DNA of 64,000 nucleotides from Candidatus Hydrogenedentota bacterium. GTDB taxonomy: Bacteria; Hydrogenedentota; Hydrogenedentia; Hydrogenedentales; SLHB01. The DNA is taken from NCBI GenBank assembly GCA_963745075.1, contig CAVUWV010000024.1, positions 128,001 through 192,000 of the forward strand. The letters are read 5' to 3'. The position numbers and the translations under genes are program-made. This document shows, one piece after another, positions 30,868-41,013 of this stretch (position 1 is the first letter of the stretch; each line of letters begins with the position of its first letter). The notes below the pieces were generated by a model that saw only the letters and a list, made by a program, of their open reading frames with translations, did not search any database and was not told where the DNA came from.

Positions 30868-32247
30868 ATGAATATTACGTCATACGGCGCCGCCGAGACC
30901 GTCACCGGTAGCAAACACGTCGCGGAGATCAACGGCAAGCGGATTCTGTTCGACTGTGGGATGTTCCAGGGGTCCCGTAAAGAGGCCGAGACCCGGAACC
31001 GCGAACTGCCCTTCGACGCGGCGTCGATCGATGCCGTCGTCCTCAGTCACGCGCACATCGATCACAGCGGCATCCTGCCCATGCTCGTCAAACACGGCTA
31101 CGAAGGCCCCATCTACGCCACGCCCGCGACGCGCGATCTGTGCAGCGTCATGCTCCTCGATAGCGCGCACATCCAGGCGCGCGACGCCGAATGGCTGTCC
31201 AAGAAGAATCGCTCCTTTGTCGCGCCCCTCTACGACGATGACGATGTAACCGAGACCATGCGGCGCTTCGTGAGCGTCCCGTACAATCTCCCCATCGACG
31301 TTGCATCCGTCGCAAAAGTCACCTTCCGCGATGCCGGGCATGTCCTGGGTTCGGCCATGGCCTTTACCGAGTTCCGGGAAAATGGTTCGACCAAGCGCTT
31401 CCTGTATGGCGGCGACTTGGGGCGCAAGAATATGCCGATTCTGGAGGATCCCTGGGCCCCTGACGATGCCGACCTCGTAGTGATGGAGAGCACCTACGGA
31501 AATCGCGAGCATGAGCCCATCCAGGAGATGGACCAGAAACTGGCCCATATCGTTCGCGAAACGTACAACCGCAAGGGAAAGATCATTATCCCCAGTTTTG
31601 CGCTGGAACGCGCGCAGGAAATCGTCTACGCCTTGAAGCGATTGGAAGCGAACGATCATCTCCCCAATCTCCCCGTCTACGTGGACAGTCCCATGACCGT
31701 CAACATTACGGAAGTGTTCCGCCTGCATACAGACAGTTTCGACGACGAGATGCGCAAATTCATGACCACCGAAGGGGATCCCTTCCAGCTCGACAACATC
31801 CACTACATCCGGCGGGTCGAAGACTCCATGAAACTCAACTCCCTCGAGGAACCGGCCATCATTATCTCCGCGTCGGGTATGTGCGAGCAGGGTCGTATTC
31901 TTCACCACTTGCGTAATCATTGCAGCGACGAACGCAACACCATTCTCATCGTCGGATTCCAGGCGAAAAACACCTTGGGCCGCCGGATCGTCGAGCACGA
32001 GAAGGAAATTAAAATCTTCGGGATCAAACGCGCGCTCAACGCTGAGGTGAAAGTCCTGAACGGATTCAGCGCCCACGCCGGACGCGGCGAACTCCTCGAA
32101 TTCGGCGCACGGTTCAAGGATTGCGCGAAACAGGTGCTACTGGTCCACGGCGAAAACGAGTCCCTTGACGCATTGAAGAGCGGCCTCGAAGCCGGTGGTC
32201 AGACGAATGTCTCGATCCAGCACGAGGGTGTTCCTTACGAACTGTAA
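30868..32247 (+). CDS. Metallo-beta-lactamase beta-CASP family ribonuclease (YSH1-like)
   Basis: SHAHIDHSG, AGHVLGS, MESTYG, SASGMC, FSAHA. Confidence 0.9.
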   Translation: MNITSYGAAETVTGSKHVAEINGKRILFDCGMFQGSRKEAETRNRELPFDAASIDAVVLSHAHIDHSGILPMLVKHGYEGPIYATPATRDLCSVMLLDSAHIQARDAEWLSKKNRSFVAPLYDDDDVTETMRRFVSVPYNLPIDVASVAKVTFRDAGHVLGSAMAFTEFRENGSTKRFLYGGDLGRKNMPILEDPWAPDDADLVVMESTYGNREHEPIQEMDQKLAHIVRETYNRKGKIIIPSFALERAQEIVYALKRLEANDHLPNLPVYVDSPMTVNITEVFRLHTDSFDDEMRKFMTTEGDPFQLDNIHYIRRVEDSMKLNSLEEPAIIISASGMCEQGRILHHLRNHCSDERNTILIVGFQAKNTLGRRIVEHEKEIKIFGIKRALNAEVKVLNGFSAHAGRGELLEFGARFKDCAKQVLLVHGENESLDALKSGLEAGGQTNVSIQHEGVPYEL

Positions 32248-32416
32248 GAGCGTGTTTCAAAAGTGGTCATCGCGCGATTTAACAGACGTGCGGAGAATGT
32301 AGCGCAGACGCCCCCGCCTGCATTCTGTGGGGTTCTGTCTCAGGATTTGCAGGCGGGGGCGCCTGCCGTACATTCGTCACGCCTCGTCGATATCCCACTT
32401 TTGAAACACACGCTAA
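32245..32416. repeat. MITE-like element with 15-bp perfect inverted ends enclosing an inverted REP pair
   Basis: GTGTTTCAAAAGTGG (32252) / CCACTTTTGAAACAC (32395); inside are GTAGCGCAGACGCCCCCGCCTGC (32299) and GCAGGCGGGGGCGCCTGCCGTAC (32349). Confidence 0.72.
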
Positions 32417-32422
32417 GATATG

Positions 32423-34267
32423 TCAGAGGCGTATCGTCGCGCCCACGGCCGGCAGTTCAAAGGGGATGAGCCGATTGTCCTTCCACTGCAACCACAGCAG
32501 GGAGGGGTCGTCCAGAGGCGCATCGAACCGGAAGGTCGCCTCGCCCGCAACACCGTTCGGCAGCATATCGGTAATTGTCACGGTCATTCCCTCCACATGG
32601 ATGACATCGCCCAGCTCCAGCGGGTTGCTCGGGTCGCGCAGTACGGGGCGCGCCTCATAGCCTCCCTTCGGTCGAATCACGAGTGTATAGGCGTCAGACC
32701 GGCGGACCTCCATGGGAATGGCCTCAAACCCAAACGATTCAGGGTTCGGCCCCAGACTTCTCACCCGCTTGGGTACGGGGCGTCCTTCCAGCGTATTCAG
32801 GACCGGAAGATACATCGCATAAAAGTGGGAGGGAGCGTTCACAATGACGACCGTCTGCTCGCTCGCCTCGGGACCCAGCGGCGCGGTTCGGACGCAATCG
32901 ACCACCTGCTGCATGATGGTTGGGCTGTATGCGCGAACGGGCAGCGCCACCGCCGCCACGACGCCATGGACTGCGATGAACCCAAACGCGAGCGGCAATG
33001 CAAAATGCCGCCACCGACGTCCGTGGGATCGAGTCTCGGCAAAGACCTCTTCGAGAAACTGTGCGATCAATGGAAACGCCCCAAGCCCCACAAAGAACAG
33101 GAGCCGATCCTGGGGAAGCGTTGAACACACAGGAATCATCGCCGCGGTCATACCAAACGCCCAGAACCACGCGGTCGCGCTCTTCCACAGGGCGGGCGTC
33201 ATGATGGCGGCGATTGCACTCAGAACCAATACGGCGACAATCCACATCCAGTGTTGACCCGCCGCCGACAGCCACACGTAGATGTCTGACGGGGGAAACG
33301 CCCATTGTCCCAGCAGGAGAAAAGGCCCCCGTTCGATGACCGCGCGAAGAAACTGCGTGGGTTCCCGGCCGGGGTCGATATACAGGCCGAGACCCCAGGC
33401 GCCGAATCCGAGCAGTTTATAGAAGAACTGCCAGGCCATCGCGATGACAACGTAGGGGGAAAGCGCAAGCAAGGCATTCTTACGCGCCACAATGCGTCGA
33501 ATCCAACCGTCTCCCAATAGCGGCGCTGCATCGCTTCGAATCGCGGGCTCCAGAAAAGCCGCATAAGCGAACAGGTAGGCGCATACCGCCAGCGATGCCT
33601 CCGCCGACAACATCGCCAACACGAACCATAGCGGAGCAAGCAAAGCTCCCCACGACGATTTGTCCCTGCGCCATTGGTCGTGCGCGATCAGGGTGAGGAT
33701 ACCGAAGAAGGCCGACGTGATGGCGTTCCGGTTTGCCAGCCATCCCACGGCCCACCCGTGAGCGTCGTCCAACGCGAAGAACAGGGCCGCCGCACCGGCC
33801 ACCCAGGCGGGCGTCATGAGTCGGCGGTACAAAACCGTTGCCGCCACCACCATGGCGCCGAACCACAACAGCGAATGGACGTGCATGAGAAACGGTGAAT
33901 TTGGCCAGACGACATAATCCGCCCAATGAGTCAGAACGCTCACAGGCCTCCACGGCTGCGTGCACGACTTGAGTTCGTGCCACCACGGAAACAGCCCATA
34001 ATCCAGAAATCGCTGCGTGCGCTCGGGGTTTCCGTCCACAAAGGTGAACTGATCCCAGAACGACCGGTACAGCCCCGGAAACCCCGGCCATCCGCGAATC
34101 ATCATGCGGTGCCAGTAATCGTCGAGCTGCCACCCCACCCACAACGACGGTAACGCCAGCAAAACCGCCAAAACGCTGAGTGCCCAGGGGAGTCGTGGAT
34201 GGCTTAACCACACGCGTAGCACGGAGGCGAGCAGCGTAGTGGAGGACTTCGATGCAGGGTCTTTCAC
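32423..34267 (-). CDS. Polytopic membrane protein, possibly a GT-C-like glycosyltransferase
   Basis: About 12 hydrophobic segments; DD after the first TM (QLDDYWH), WRPVS, GWLANRN, QDRLL. Confidence 0.55.
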   Translation of the reverse strand: MKDPASKSSTTLLASVLRVWLSHPRLPWALSVLAVLLALPSLWVGWQLDDYWHRMMIRGWPGFPGLYRSFWDQFTFVDGNPERTQRFLDYGLFPWWHELKSCTQPWRPVSVLTHWADYVVWPNSPFLMHVHSLLWFGAMVVAATVLYRRLMTPAWVAGAAALFFALDDAHGWAVGWLANRNAITSAFFGILTLIAHDQWRRDKSSWGALLAPLWFVLAMLSAEASLAVCAYLFAYAAFLEPAIRSDAAPLLGDGWIRRIVARKNALLALSPYVVIAMAWQFFYKLLGFGAWGLGLYIDPGREPTQFLRAVIERGPFLLLGQWAFPPSDIYVWLSAAGQHWMWIVAVLVLSAIAAIMTPALWKSATAWFWAFGMTAAMIPVCSTLPQDRLLFFVGLGAFPLIAQFLEEVFAETRSHGRRWRHFALPLAFGFIAVHGVVAAVALPVRAYSPTIMQQVVDCVRTAPLGPEASEQTVVIVNAPSHFYAMYLPVLNTLEGRPVPKRVRSLGPNPESFGFEAIPMEVRRSDAYTLVIRPKGGYEARPVLRDPSNPLELGDVIHVEGMTVTITDMLPNGVAGEATFRFDAPLDDPSLLWLQWKDNRLIPFELPAVGATIRL

Positions 34268-34298
34268 GGGACTAATTCAGGGTCGAGCCGGATGCCAT

Positions 34299-34919
34299 TC
34301 ATACCGTCGCGGGCCGTGGTCCGAGACGATGCCGAGCGGGAATCTCCGTCACCAGGGCCAGCATCCGATCGTGTTCACCGATTACAACTTTTCGCCGGCC
34401 ATACAACAAACTGCTTGCGTCGGTTGCCAGGAGAGATGCGATTTCCGCACCCGGCCGGAACGAAAAAAACGAATAGGGCTGATAACCGTGCACAACGGTC
34501 ATGTCCTTTAGGATTTTTCCGAATGGCTGGGACGCCTGTTCGATCGCCAGACGCACTGGATTCTCAAACCGGTCGAGGTGAATGTCGATCGCGCCCAACA
34601 GCAGCGGCGTCGGGTTTTCGACCGTGTGCAGCAGGACCAACCGCCGGTACACAGTCTCCGTGTGATGGACGGCCTCGACTTGAATCTTTATCGGCTGGCC
34701 GAACAGCGTTTCGAGCCGGGACGTCATGCTGAGGTCGTGATCGAAGAACGGTCCCACGTCGCCCGGCAGTTCTCCCGGTTCGACGGACGTAAACCCCGGT
34801 ACCGGCCACCCCTGCTTGGTAAACAGCTCGATTAAGGGCTCGTCCTGATATTGCGCCTGTGGCACAGACACGTGCAGCCATTCCTCCCGTTTGGCACCCA
34901 AAGTCCGGATACCGCTCAC
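34299..34919 (-). CDS. Chorismate-lyase-fold (UbiC/DUF98-like) protein
   Basis: SMTSRLE, YRRLVLL, QPFGKIL, YGRR...LALVTEI pattern resembles UbiC-fold proteins. Confidence 0.55.
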   Translation of the reverse strand: MSGIRTLGAKREEWLHVSVPQAQYQDEPLIELFTKQGWPVPGFTSVEPGELPGDVGPFFDHDLSMTSRLETLFGQPIKIQVEAVHHTETVYRRLVLLHTVENPTPLLLGAIDIHLDRFENPVRLAIEQASQPFGKILKDMTVVHGYQPYSFFSFRPGAEIASLLATDASSLLYGRRKVVIGEHDRMLALVTEIPARHRLGPRPATV

Positions 34920-35119
34920 TTGGTGTCACCCAGTGTCCCGCAATCGCGGCCCCCTACCCGCGGGTATACCCCTGAGCCGCTTACCCTTAGTTCGCATTGT
35001 ACCCCAGCGCAAGGGACAGCGCAACGATTTTTCATCCATTTCCGAATACAACCCAGCACGTCCCGCGTTGCAGACCGTCCGCACTCCCGACCGTGAAGGT
35101 GCGGCAAAACGATTCAATC

Positions 35120-35148
35120 TTGACACAGCCCCCCGCCATTACTAGACT
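35120..35148 (+). promoter_or_regulatory. Sigma70-type promoter
   Basis: TTGACA-17 bp-TAGACT, about 100 bp upstream of the CoA-ligase start. Confidence 0.6.
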
Positions 35149-35248
35149 TGCGGGGGTGTTGCTGGGGTGCATTCACGCGATATCTTGGAGCGGTTCCCAA
35201 TTCGTTCCAATTCCCGTAAGTACAATGCAAGTCGAAGAAAGCGAGTGT

Positions 35249-36538
35249 ATGGCGACTACTGTCTATCCGGATCGTTCCGCAATCGAAGCCATCCAATTGG
35301 ACCAGTTGCGGACCCTCATCGGCGAATTGCTCCGCGGTAACGCATACTACGGCAAGATCCTGCGCGATGCGGGAATCACGGCGGATATCGCCAGCTTGCA
35401 AGCCTTTTCCGAAAAAATGCCGTTCAGCTTCAAACACCAACTCGTGGATGACCAGCGGAAGAATCCGCCCTTCGGCACGAACTTAACCTATCCCTTGGAA
35501 AACTATGTCCGTTTTAACCAGACCAGCGCCACGACCGGCAAGCCCATGCGCTGGCTCGATACGCCCGAGAGCTGGGGATGGATGTTGGGCAATTGGCGCC
35601 GGGTGTTCGAAGCCGCCGGCGTGACGAAGACCGACCACGTCTATTTCGCGTTTTCCTTCGGGCCGTTCTTGGGATTCTGGACGGCGTACGAGTCCGCGAC
35701 CTCCATGGGGTGCCTGTGCATTCCCGGCGGCGGGCTGAGCAGCCCCGCACGATTAACCGCTATCCTGGAGGACGAAGTCACTGTCTTATGCTGCACCCCC
35801 ACCTACGCGATCCGGCTCGCGGAAGTCGCGGCAGAAGAAGGGATCGACATTTCGTCATCCAAGGTACGGCGGATTATCGTGGCGGGCGAGCCCGGTGGAA
35901 GCATCCCCGGTACCCGTGCCCGGATTGAAGTGGCGTGGCCAGGCGCAAGCGTCTTCGACCACCACGGCATGACGGAAGTCGGGCCGGTAAGTTTCGAGTG
36001 CCCCAAACAGTCAGGCACGCTCCACGTCATCGAATCCAGCTACTACGCCGAGGTGATTGACCCGGAGAGCGGGCGGCCGGTCGAACCATATGGCACCGGA
36101 GAACTCGTGCTGACAACCCTGGGCCGTGCCGCTATGCCGCTGTTGCGCTACCGTACCGGCGATTTGGTCGTCTTGACGCCCGATCCACCCTGCGCCTGCG
36201 GCAGTTACGAGATGGCCTTGCCGGGTGGTATCCTTGCGCGCACCGACGATATGATCGTCGTCCGTGGCGTGAATATCTTCCCGACCGCCATCGAAGAGGT
36301 GATGCGCCGCTGCGAGGGTTTAGGGGATTATCGCGTCCTCATCCGGCAAAGCCGGGCCATGTCAGAACTCGAAATCGAAGTTGAGCCCGCGCCGGAATGC
36401 GCCGACTCAAAGGTCATGGTCGAACATTTGGAACACGCATTGCGCGACGTTTTCGCCATGCGGATTCCGGTCACGCTCGTGGAACGGGGCAGTCTGCCTC
36501 GTTTTGAAATGAAGGCCAAGCGGTGGATGAAAGTGTAA
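35249..36538 (+). CDS. Phenylacetate-CoA ligase family (PaaK/F390-synthetase-like) protein
   Basis: TSATTGKP, GEPGG, HGMTEVG, PLLRYRTGD, RTDDMIVVRGVNIFP, KAKRW. Confidence 0.85.
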   Translation: MATTVYPDRSAIEAIQLDQLRTLIGELLRGNAYYGKILRDAGITADIASLQAFSEKMPFSFKHQLVDDQRKNPPFGTNLTYPLENYVRFNQTSATTGKPMRWLDTPESWGWMLGNWRRVFEAAGVTKTDHVYFAFSFGPFLGFWTAYESATSMGCLCIPGGGLSSPARLTAILEDEVTVLCCTPTYAIRLAEVAAEEGIDISSSKVRRIIVAGEPGGSIPGTRARIEVAWPGASVFDHHGMTEVGPVSFECPKQSGTLHVIESSYYAEVIDPESGRPVEPYGTGELVLTTLGRAAMPLLRYRTGDLVVLTPDPPCACGSYEMALPGGILARTDDMIVVRGVNIFPTAIEEVMRRCEGLGDYRVLIRQSRAMSELEIEVEPAPECADSKVMVEHLEHALRDVFAMRIPVTLVERGSLPRFEMKAKRWMKV

Positions 36539-36559
36539 CGCCGCCGTTAGTGACGTGTA

Positions 36560-37534
36560 ATGACAGATAGCAACCGACAGGTTTCCTGCGGTAGTGGGAA
36601 TTCGAATACGATGTCCGATTCTGCAAAACGATTCGCCCTGAAAGAGAAGATTGCCCGTTTCATCATCCGGCGGTTTGTGCCCAAGGAAGTGGTGGATGCC
36701 GTCGAGTATGAATTGCAGTCCGGCATGTTCACCGAGCAGGGCGAAACCAAAGAGCTGCCGGAGCACGTCCTGATTGAAGATCGCGGATCGGATACGACGA
36801 TCTTTTCCTTCGCGGGCGGCGCCTTATTGTTTGCCGGTCAGCCCACCTTCGAGTTCCGCAAGCTACTCACGAAGCACGGCGACGACTTCAATCTCGTGTT
36901 CATGCGCGATATCCACCGGTTGGCCTATCACCTCCGTCCCGAAGGCGGTCCTGGCGGACTCGACTTCTACGAGAAGGAAGTCAATCGCGTGATGGATCAG
37001 CTCGGTTCCAAGCGCTACATTGCGTTGGGCGACTCGGTGGGCGGTTGCGCGGCGATCTATTACGGAACGCGATGCGGCATGGACCATGTCATCGCCATGA
37101 GTCCGCCGTGTCCCTTTTACGCCTACCTCGAACCTATGATGCAACTGAAGGCTTACACCGACTTGCCGCTCCTCTTTCGGAGTTGGGAGGAGTTCTATGA
37201 GGTCGCCTTCATCACCTTCGCCACGAACTTCGTAGACATGGCGGTCCGTCGTGTCGTCGGCGCCGAAGGGGTGTGGCGGTTGCCCGAGGTTTACCTCGAA
37301 GCCGAAAAACGGCCCACGGCCACAATCTTCTACGGCGCCCGGTGCCGGCCCGATACGCGCATCGCGAAGATGTATGAAGGTCAACCCGACGTGCGGTTAG
37401 TTCCGCTCGACACGGCGATGCACAACACCGGCGCCTGGATGAAAAAACGCGGGGAATTGGCGGATGCGATGATCGACGATGTCGGCGCGGCACTGGATCG
37501 GATGAATCAGTCCACGGCTACGATCGCGAAGTAG
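36560..37534 (+). CDS. Uncharacterised alpha/beta-hydrolase-fold protein
   Basis: GDSVGG elbow; C-terminal His (AMHNT). Confidence 0.6.
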   Translation: MTDSNRQVSCGSGNSNTMSDSAKRFALKEKIARFIIRRFVPKEVVDAVEYELQSGMFTEQGETKELPEHVLIEDRGSDTTIFSFAGGALLFAGQPTFEFRKLLTKHGDDFNLVFMRDIHRLAYHLRPEGGPGGLDFYEKEVNRVMDQLGSKRYIALGDSVGGCAAIYYGTRCGMDHVIAMSPPCPFYAYLEPMMQLKAYTDLPLLFRSWEEFYEVAFITFATNFVDMAVRRVVGAEGVWRLPEVYLEAEKRPTATIFYGARCRPDTRIAKMYEGQPDVRLVPLDTAMHNTGAWMKKRGELADAMIDDVGAALDRMNQSTATIAK

Positions 37535-39239
37535 ACTGCATCGCTCGGATACGCGCCAGCTTCTGCCCCGCGAGGCGTGCGCGCGCAAACATCCCGTAGT
37601 AGATTTCCCGGGTCGTCTTCGCCAGCAGCACGGCGTCGGCGCCTTCCAGATTGTCCCGTTCGAACCGCGCGATGGCGACCAGCGGCCTGCAAACGGGATG
37701 GACCTCGCCGAATAGCCGAATCTCCTCGTCCAACCGCATGAGGTCGGCCACCACCTGTTGCGCAAACTTCATGCTCCGGCCTTTTGTCAGAATATCGAGC
37801 AGCTTTTCCGTCACCTTGGCGCCTTGCTGGCACAGTTCGGCCAGCCGCGCCAGCGCATCGTCCGCTTGTTTCGCCAGCGGCTCAAAGTCTGCGTCGATTC
37901 CGTCGGCGTAACAGGCCAGCATGCGCTCCAGATACGTGCTTTCCGCGCGCTTGTTCGCCTTGCCCGACAGGTACTCGACCCACATCATGCGATACGCCAT
38001 CCGGAACAGATCGTTCGGTTGCATGGCGCGGCGTATCACGGGGTACCACTGAAGACAACCGTCCGCGGCGAAATCGGACCGAAAGATGTCGACGCTTTCC
38101 AATCCCGGTTCGTCCGGCAGCGTGGGGGGGACGTCGGAATCACGTTTGAGAAGCGCGATCTCCACCGCACGCAACACCTGGGCCGCGGTCATACCACGGT
38201 CCGCGCTAGCATGGTCGCCGCGGATATCGGAACGGCCCAACTGCGAACGCCGGCGTTCAATCGCGCAATGTCCCGCGCCGTACGGACCCGTTTCGCGAAA
38301 ATGCACGTATCCAACCAACGTCAGCACGAGCGGACACGCCACGGCGGCCGCGATGTGCATCGTTCCCGTGTCGTTTGTGACGAGCAGGTTGGCACGCTCG
38401 AGCAGCGCCGCCAGTTGCGGGATCGAGGTCTTTCCGAATAAATGCGCCGCCAAATTCGGGGCGTGGGTTTCGAAGGCCTGTCCCAAAGTCGCTTCCTCTG
38501 CAACACCGACCAAGGCGACCTTCGCCTGCCGCTGCTCGGTCAAGGCACGCGCCAACGCGGCGAACTGGGCTTCAGGCCAACGCTTGTCTCGATCCGAGGC
38601 GCCGAGTTGAAAGCACACCAGGAAATCCGAGTCTTGAACGCCATGTTCTGCGAGCAACGCGCGCGCGGCGACGCGATCCTCGTCCGTAACGTTCAGTACC
38701 AGCCCCGCCGACGGAGGTGGTTCCTCCAGAAAATATCGAAACATGTCGCACAGGTTCAGTTCATTCAGGTCCCGGTTCAGGATGTTTGTGAGAAAGCAGT
38801 TGGGGCCTCGCCCCCGGAACACGTACCGGAAATCGTCGCTCAAGTGAGCCCCAATTGCTTCTGGAATGCCCGCTAGTTTCAGGAAGATGGCGGAGGACAG
38901 GCTATGGGTGCAGTTGTACACAACGTCAAAGCGACGTTCGCGAATGCTGCGAATGTGTCCGTCGGCGGTCCGGTACGCATTCAGAAAACGATCCGAGTCC
39001 TCCGACTTCAAGTCGAGGTACATGTCGTCTTCTTCGTAGACGATGACCTCGTCGATATCCGGGTTGCACTCGGCGATAGCCTTGCCCATCTTGCGAACCA
39101 TCACGGCGAGATAGGCATTCGGATGAAGTTGCTTCAACGAACGGATCAACGGCGACGTCTGCAGCACGTCACCCATCCGGGTCATCTGCGCGACCAGGAT
39201 GCGCGACGATCGTGTATTTTGGGCGTGAGAATCAGGCAT
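37518..39239 (-). CDS. GT9 (heptosyltransferase-like) glycosyltransferase with a C-terminal helical extension
   Basis: RMGDVLQTSPLI, QLGAS..KRWP, VTNDTGTMHIAAA; start overlaps the upstream stop. Confidence 0.85.
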   Translation of the reverse strand: MPDSHAQNTRSSRILVAQMTRMGDVLQTSPLIRSLKQLHPNAYLAVMVRKMGKAIAECNPDIDEVIVYEEDDMYLDLKSEDSDRFLNAYRTADGHIRSIRERRFDVVYNCTHSLSSAIFLKLAGIPEAIGAHLSDDFRYVFRGRGPNCFLTNILNRDLNELNLCDMFRYFLEEPPPSAGLVLNVTDEDRVAARALLAEHGVQDSDFLVCFQLGASDRDKRWPEAQFAALARALTEQRQAKVALVGVAEEATLGQAFETHAPNLAAHLFGKTSIPQLAALLERANLLVTNDTGTMHIAAAVACPLVLTLVGYVHFRETGPYGAGHCAIERRRSQLGRSDIRGDHASADRGMTAAQVLRAVEIALLKRDSDVPPTLPDEPGLESVDIFRSDFAADGCLQWYPVIRRAMQPNDLFRMAYRMMWVEYLSGKANKRAESTYLERMLACYADGIDADFEPLAKQADDALARLAELCQQGAKVTEKLLDILTKGRSMKFAQQVVADLMRLDEEIRLFGEVHPVCRPLVAIARFERDNLEGADAVLLAKTTREIYYGMFARARLAGQKLARIRAMQSTSRS

Positions 39240-41013
39240 CGTCGAACATGGCCAGCAGTTGTTCCGCCGACTTCCGCATTTCACGCAGATACGCGAAAAC
39301 ACCTTCCGGATACGACAAGGGCGTTCCGGTGAGCGGAATTCGCGCGTTAATGGTATCCTGCGTAAACGGTGTTTCGGCAGGCAGGCTTCGGAGGTATGCG
39401 CAAAGCTCATCGTCCTCCGGAACCTTCGCGGCAACTTCACCCACCGTTCGTTGCGCGCGCACGCCTTTACGCGCAATTCGATCCGCGTAGTGCGAAAGAA
39501 TGTAATCCAACATCTGTTTCGCACGATGTTCGTAGGTGTGCGCACTCAGGGCCTTCTTGCGGGCAGCCGAAGCGATTACTTCGCGCTTCTCGGGATGTGC
39601 GAGATAGTAATCGACCTTTTCCCGCAGCTCCGCCAGGCCCCGATACGTTGGAATTTCGCTGTTGGGATCGAACAACGACTCCAACCCTTGACAAGGATCG
39701 CAAAGTTGAAACCCCCCACAGGCCGCGATTTCGAAGACCCGAGGGTTGATCGCGTCGCACCGTGGATCGACGCTGTCGTGCGTTGCGCTCGAATGCAAAT
39801 TCAGATTGATCTTCGACCCCGCGACAATCTTCGCAAATTGCTCGGGACCGAACCGCTCATCGGGATCCTGCACCAGCAGCTGTAACTCGCGCGCGTGCCA
39901 CTCGACGCCCCAAATCTTGAAATCGTAATCCGTGAGACCGGCGAATAGGTGGTTGCGATTGTGATACCCCGCACCCGCGAACGAAAGGTCGCACCCGTAC
40001 GCCTTCCGGTCAGCATCCGAGAGCGTCACGGGGCGATGCACTTCCGGGTCGCAGCCGGTCTGCACGTACGCGTGCCGGCGGCAGCCGGTCTCTGAGAGCT
40101 TCTGTTCGAATTCGCCCGGCTGAATATGGAAGAAGTAGTCGTACTGCGTCGCAATGTCTTGCCAATACGTCATATGCCGCCAGTTTTCGACGAACCAGAA
40201 TGCGGTGACGATATCGTGTTTGCGCAGCCGCTCGGCCCACGTGTTCCCCACCGGCGCTTGAGCAAGCACGATACAGACATTCGGGTCGAACTCGCGCACG
40301 CGCGCGTAACTCCACTCGGACATAACATTGGCGATCATTCCGGATAGTTGGCCGCTCGCCCGTTTAGACGAGACGCTGTCCGTGACGGCTTCGTACAAGG
40401 GCCACCCTTGGCTGTTGTCGACAAAGAGCGCGCGGTGTCCCAGGCGCTTGAGTGCGTCGGCGAGGTACCGAGCGATCGGGAGCGAGCCGCCGTACAGCGG
40501 TCCTACCACCGCGACGCCCAAGCGTTGGTCCTGTAACCGGCAACGTGCCACGCGCGCCCGAATCTCATCGACGTACTGGGGGGACACGCGCGCCGTGGGC
40601 GGGTGCACGAGGATCTGCGGGTCCTTTGCGCCAAACGCGCGAAACCGCTCGTTGTCAGCGACGTCGGCCGCGGCACCGATGCCGAGGGGAATGTCGGAAT
40701 GAGCGAGTAGGCCGTCGACGGCGAGTTTCCCGACGCTCCGATCCGGCTCCACGGCCGCGACCTCGAACCCCTGTTCCGCCAGAACCAGCACGTGGTAGCC
40801 CAAACCCAATCCGACCACCAACACCGGCCGGTTTGGTTCCAAATCGGCAGATTCGATGAACCGTACCGCCTCCTCCACCGGCCGGTACTGACTGTGCAGT
40901 AACGTTCCGTCAACGCGAACCGTGGGCTCGCCAGCACGCCCCGCCAGGCGTTCGACCCCCTGGCGTATCTCGTGATCCGCGAGTTCTCGCGCCCACTCAG
41001 CTGCCACTTTCAT
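39232..41013 (-). CDS. CgeB-family glycosyltransferase with a Maf-like N-terminal region
   Basis: LHSQYRPVEEA, VGLGLGYH, SKINLNLH, INPRVFEIAACGGFQL, HTYEHR. Confidence 0.82.
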   Translation of the reverse strand: MKVAAEWARELADHEIRQGVERLAGRAGEPTVRVDGTLLHSQYRPVEEAVRFIESADLEPNRPVLVVGLGLGYHVLVLAEQGFEVAAVEPDRSVGKLAVDGLLAHSDIPLGIGAAADVADNERFRAFGAKDPQILVHPPTARVSPQYVDEIRARVARCRLQDQRLGVAVVGPLYGGSLPIARYLADALKRLGHRALFVDNSQGWPLYEAVTDSVSSKRASGQLSGMIANVMSEWSYARVREFDPNVCIVLAQAPVGNTWAERLRKHDIVTAFWFVENWRHMTYWQDIATQYDYFFHIQPGEFEQKLSETGCRRHAYVQTGCDPEVHRPVTLSDADRKAYGCDLSFAGAGYHNRNHLFAGLTDYDFKIWGVEWHARELQLLVQDPDERFGPEQFAKIVAGSKINLNLHSSATHDSVDPRCDAINPRVFEIAACGGFQLCDPCQGLESLFDPNSEIPTYRGLAELREKVDYYLAHPEKREVIASAARKKALSAHTYEHRAKQMLDYILSHYADRIARKGVRAQRTVGEVAAKVPEDDELCAYLRSLPAETPFTQDTINARIPLTGTPLSYPEGVFAYLREMRKSAEQLLAMFDDA

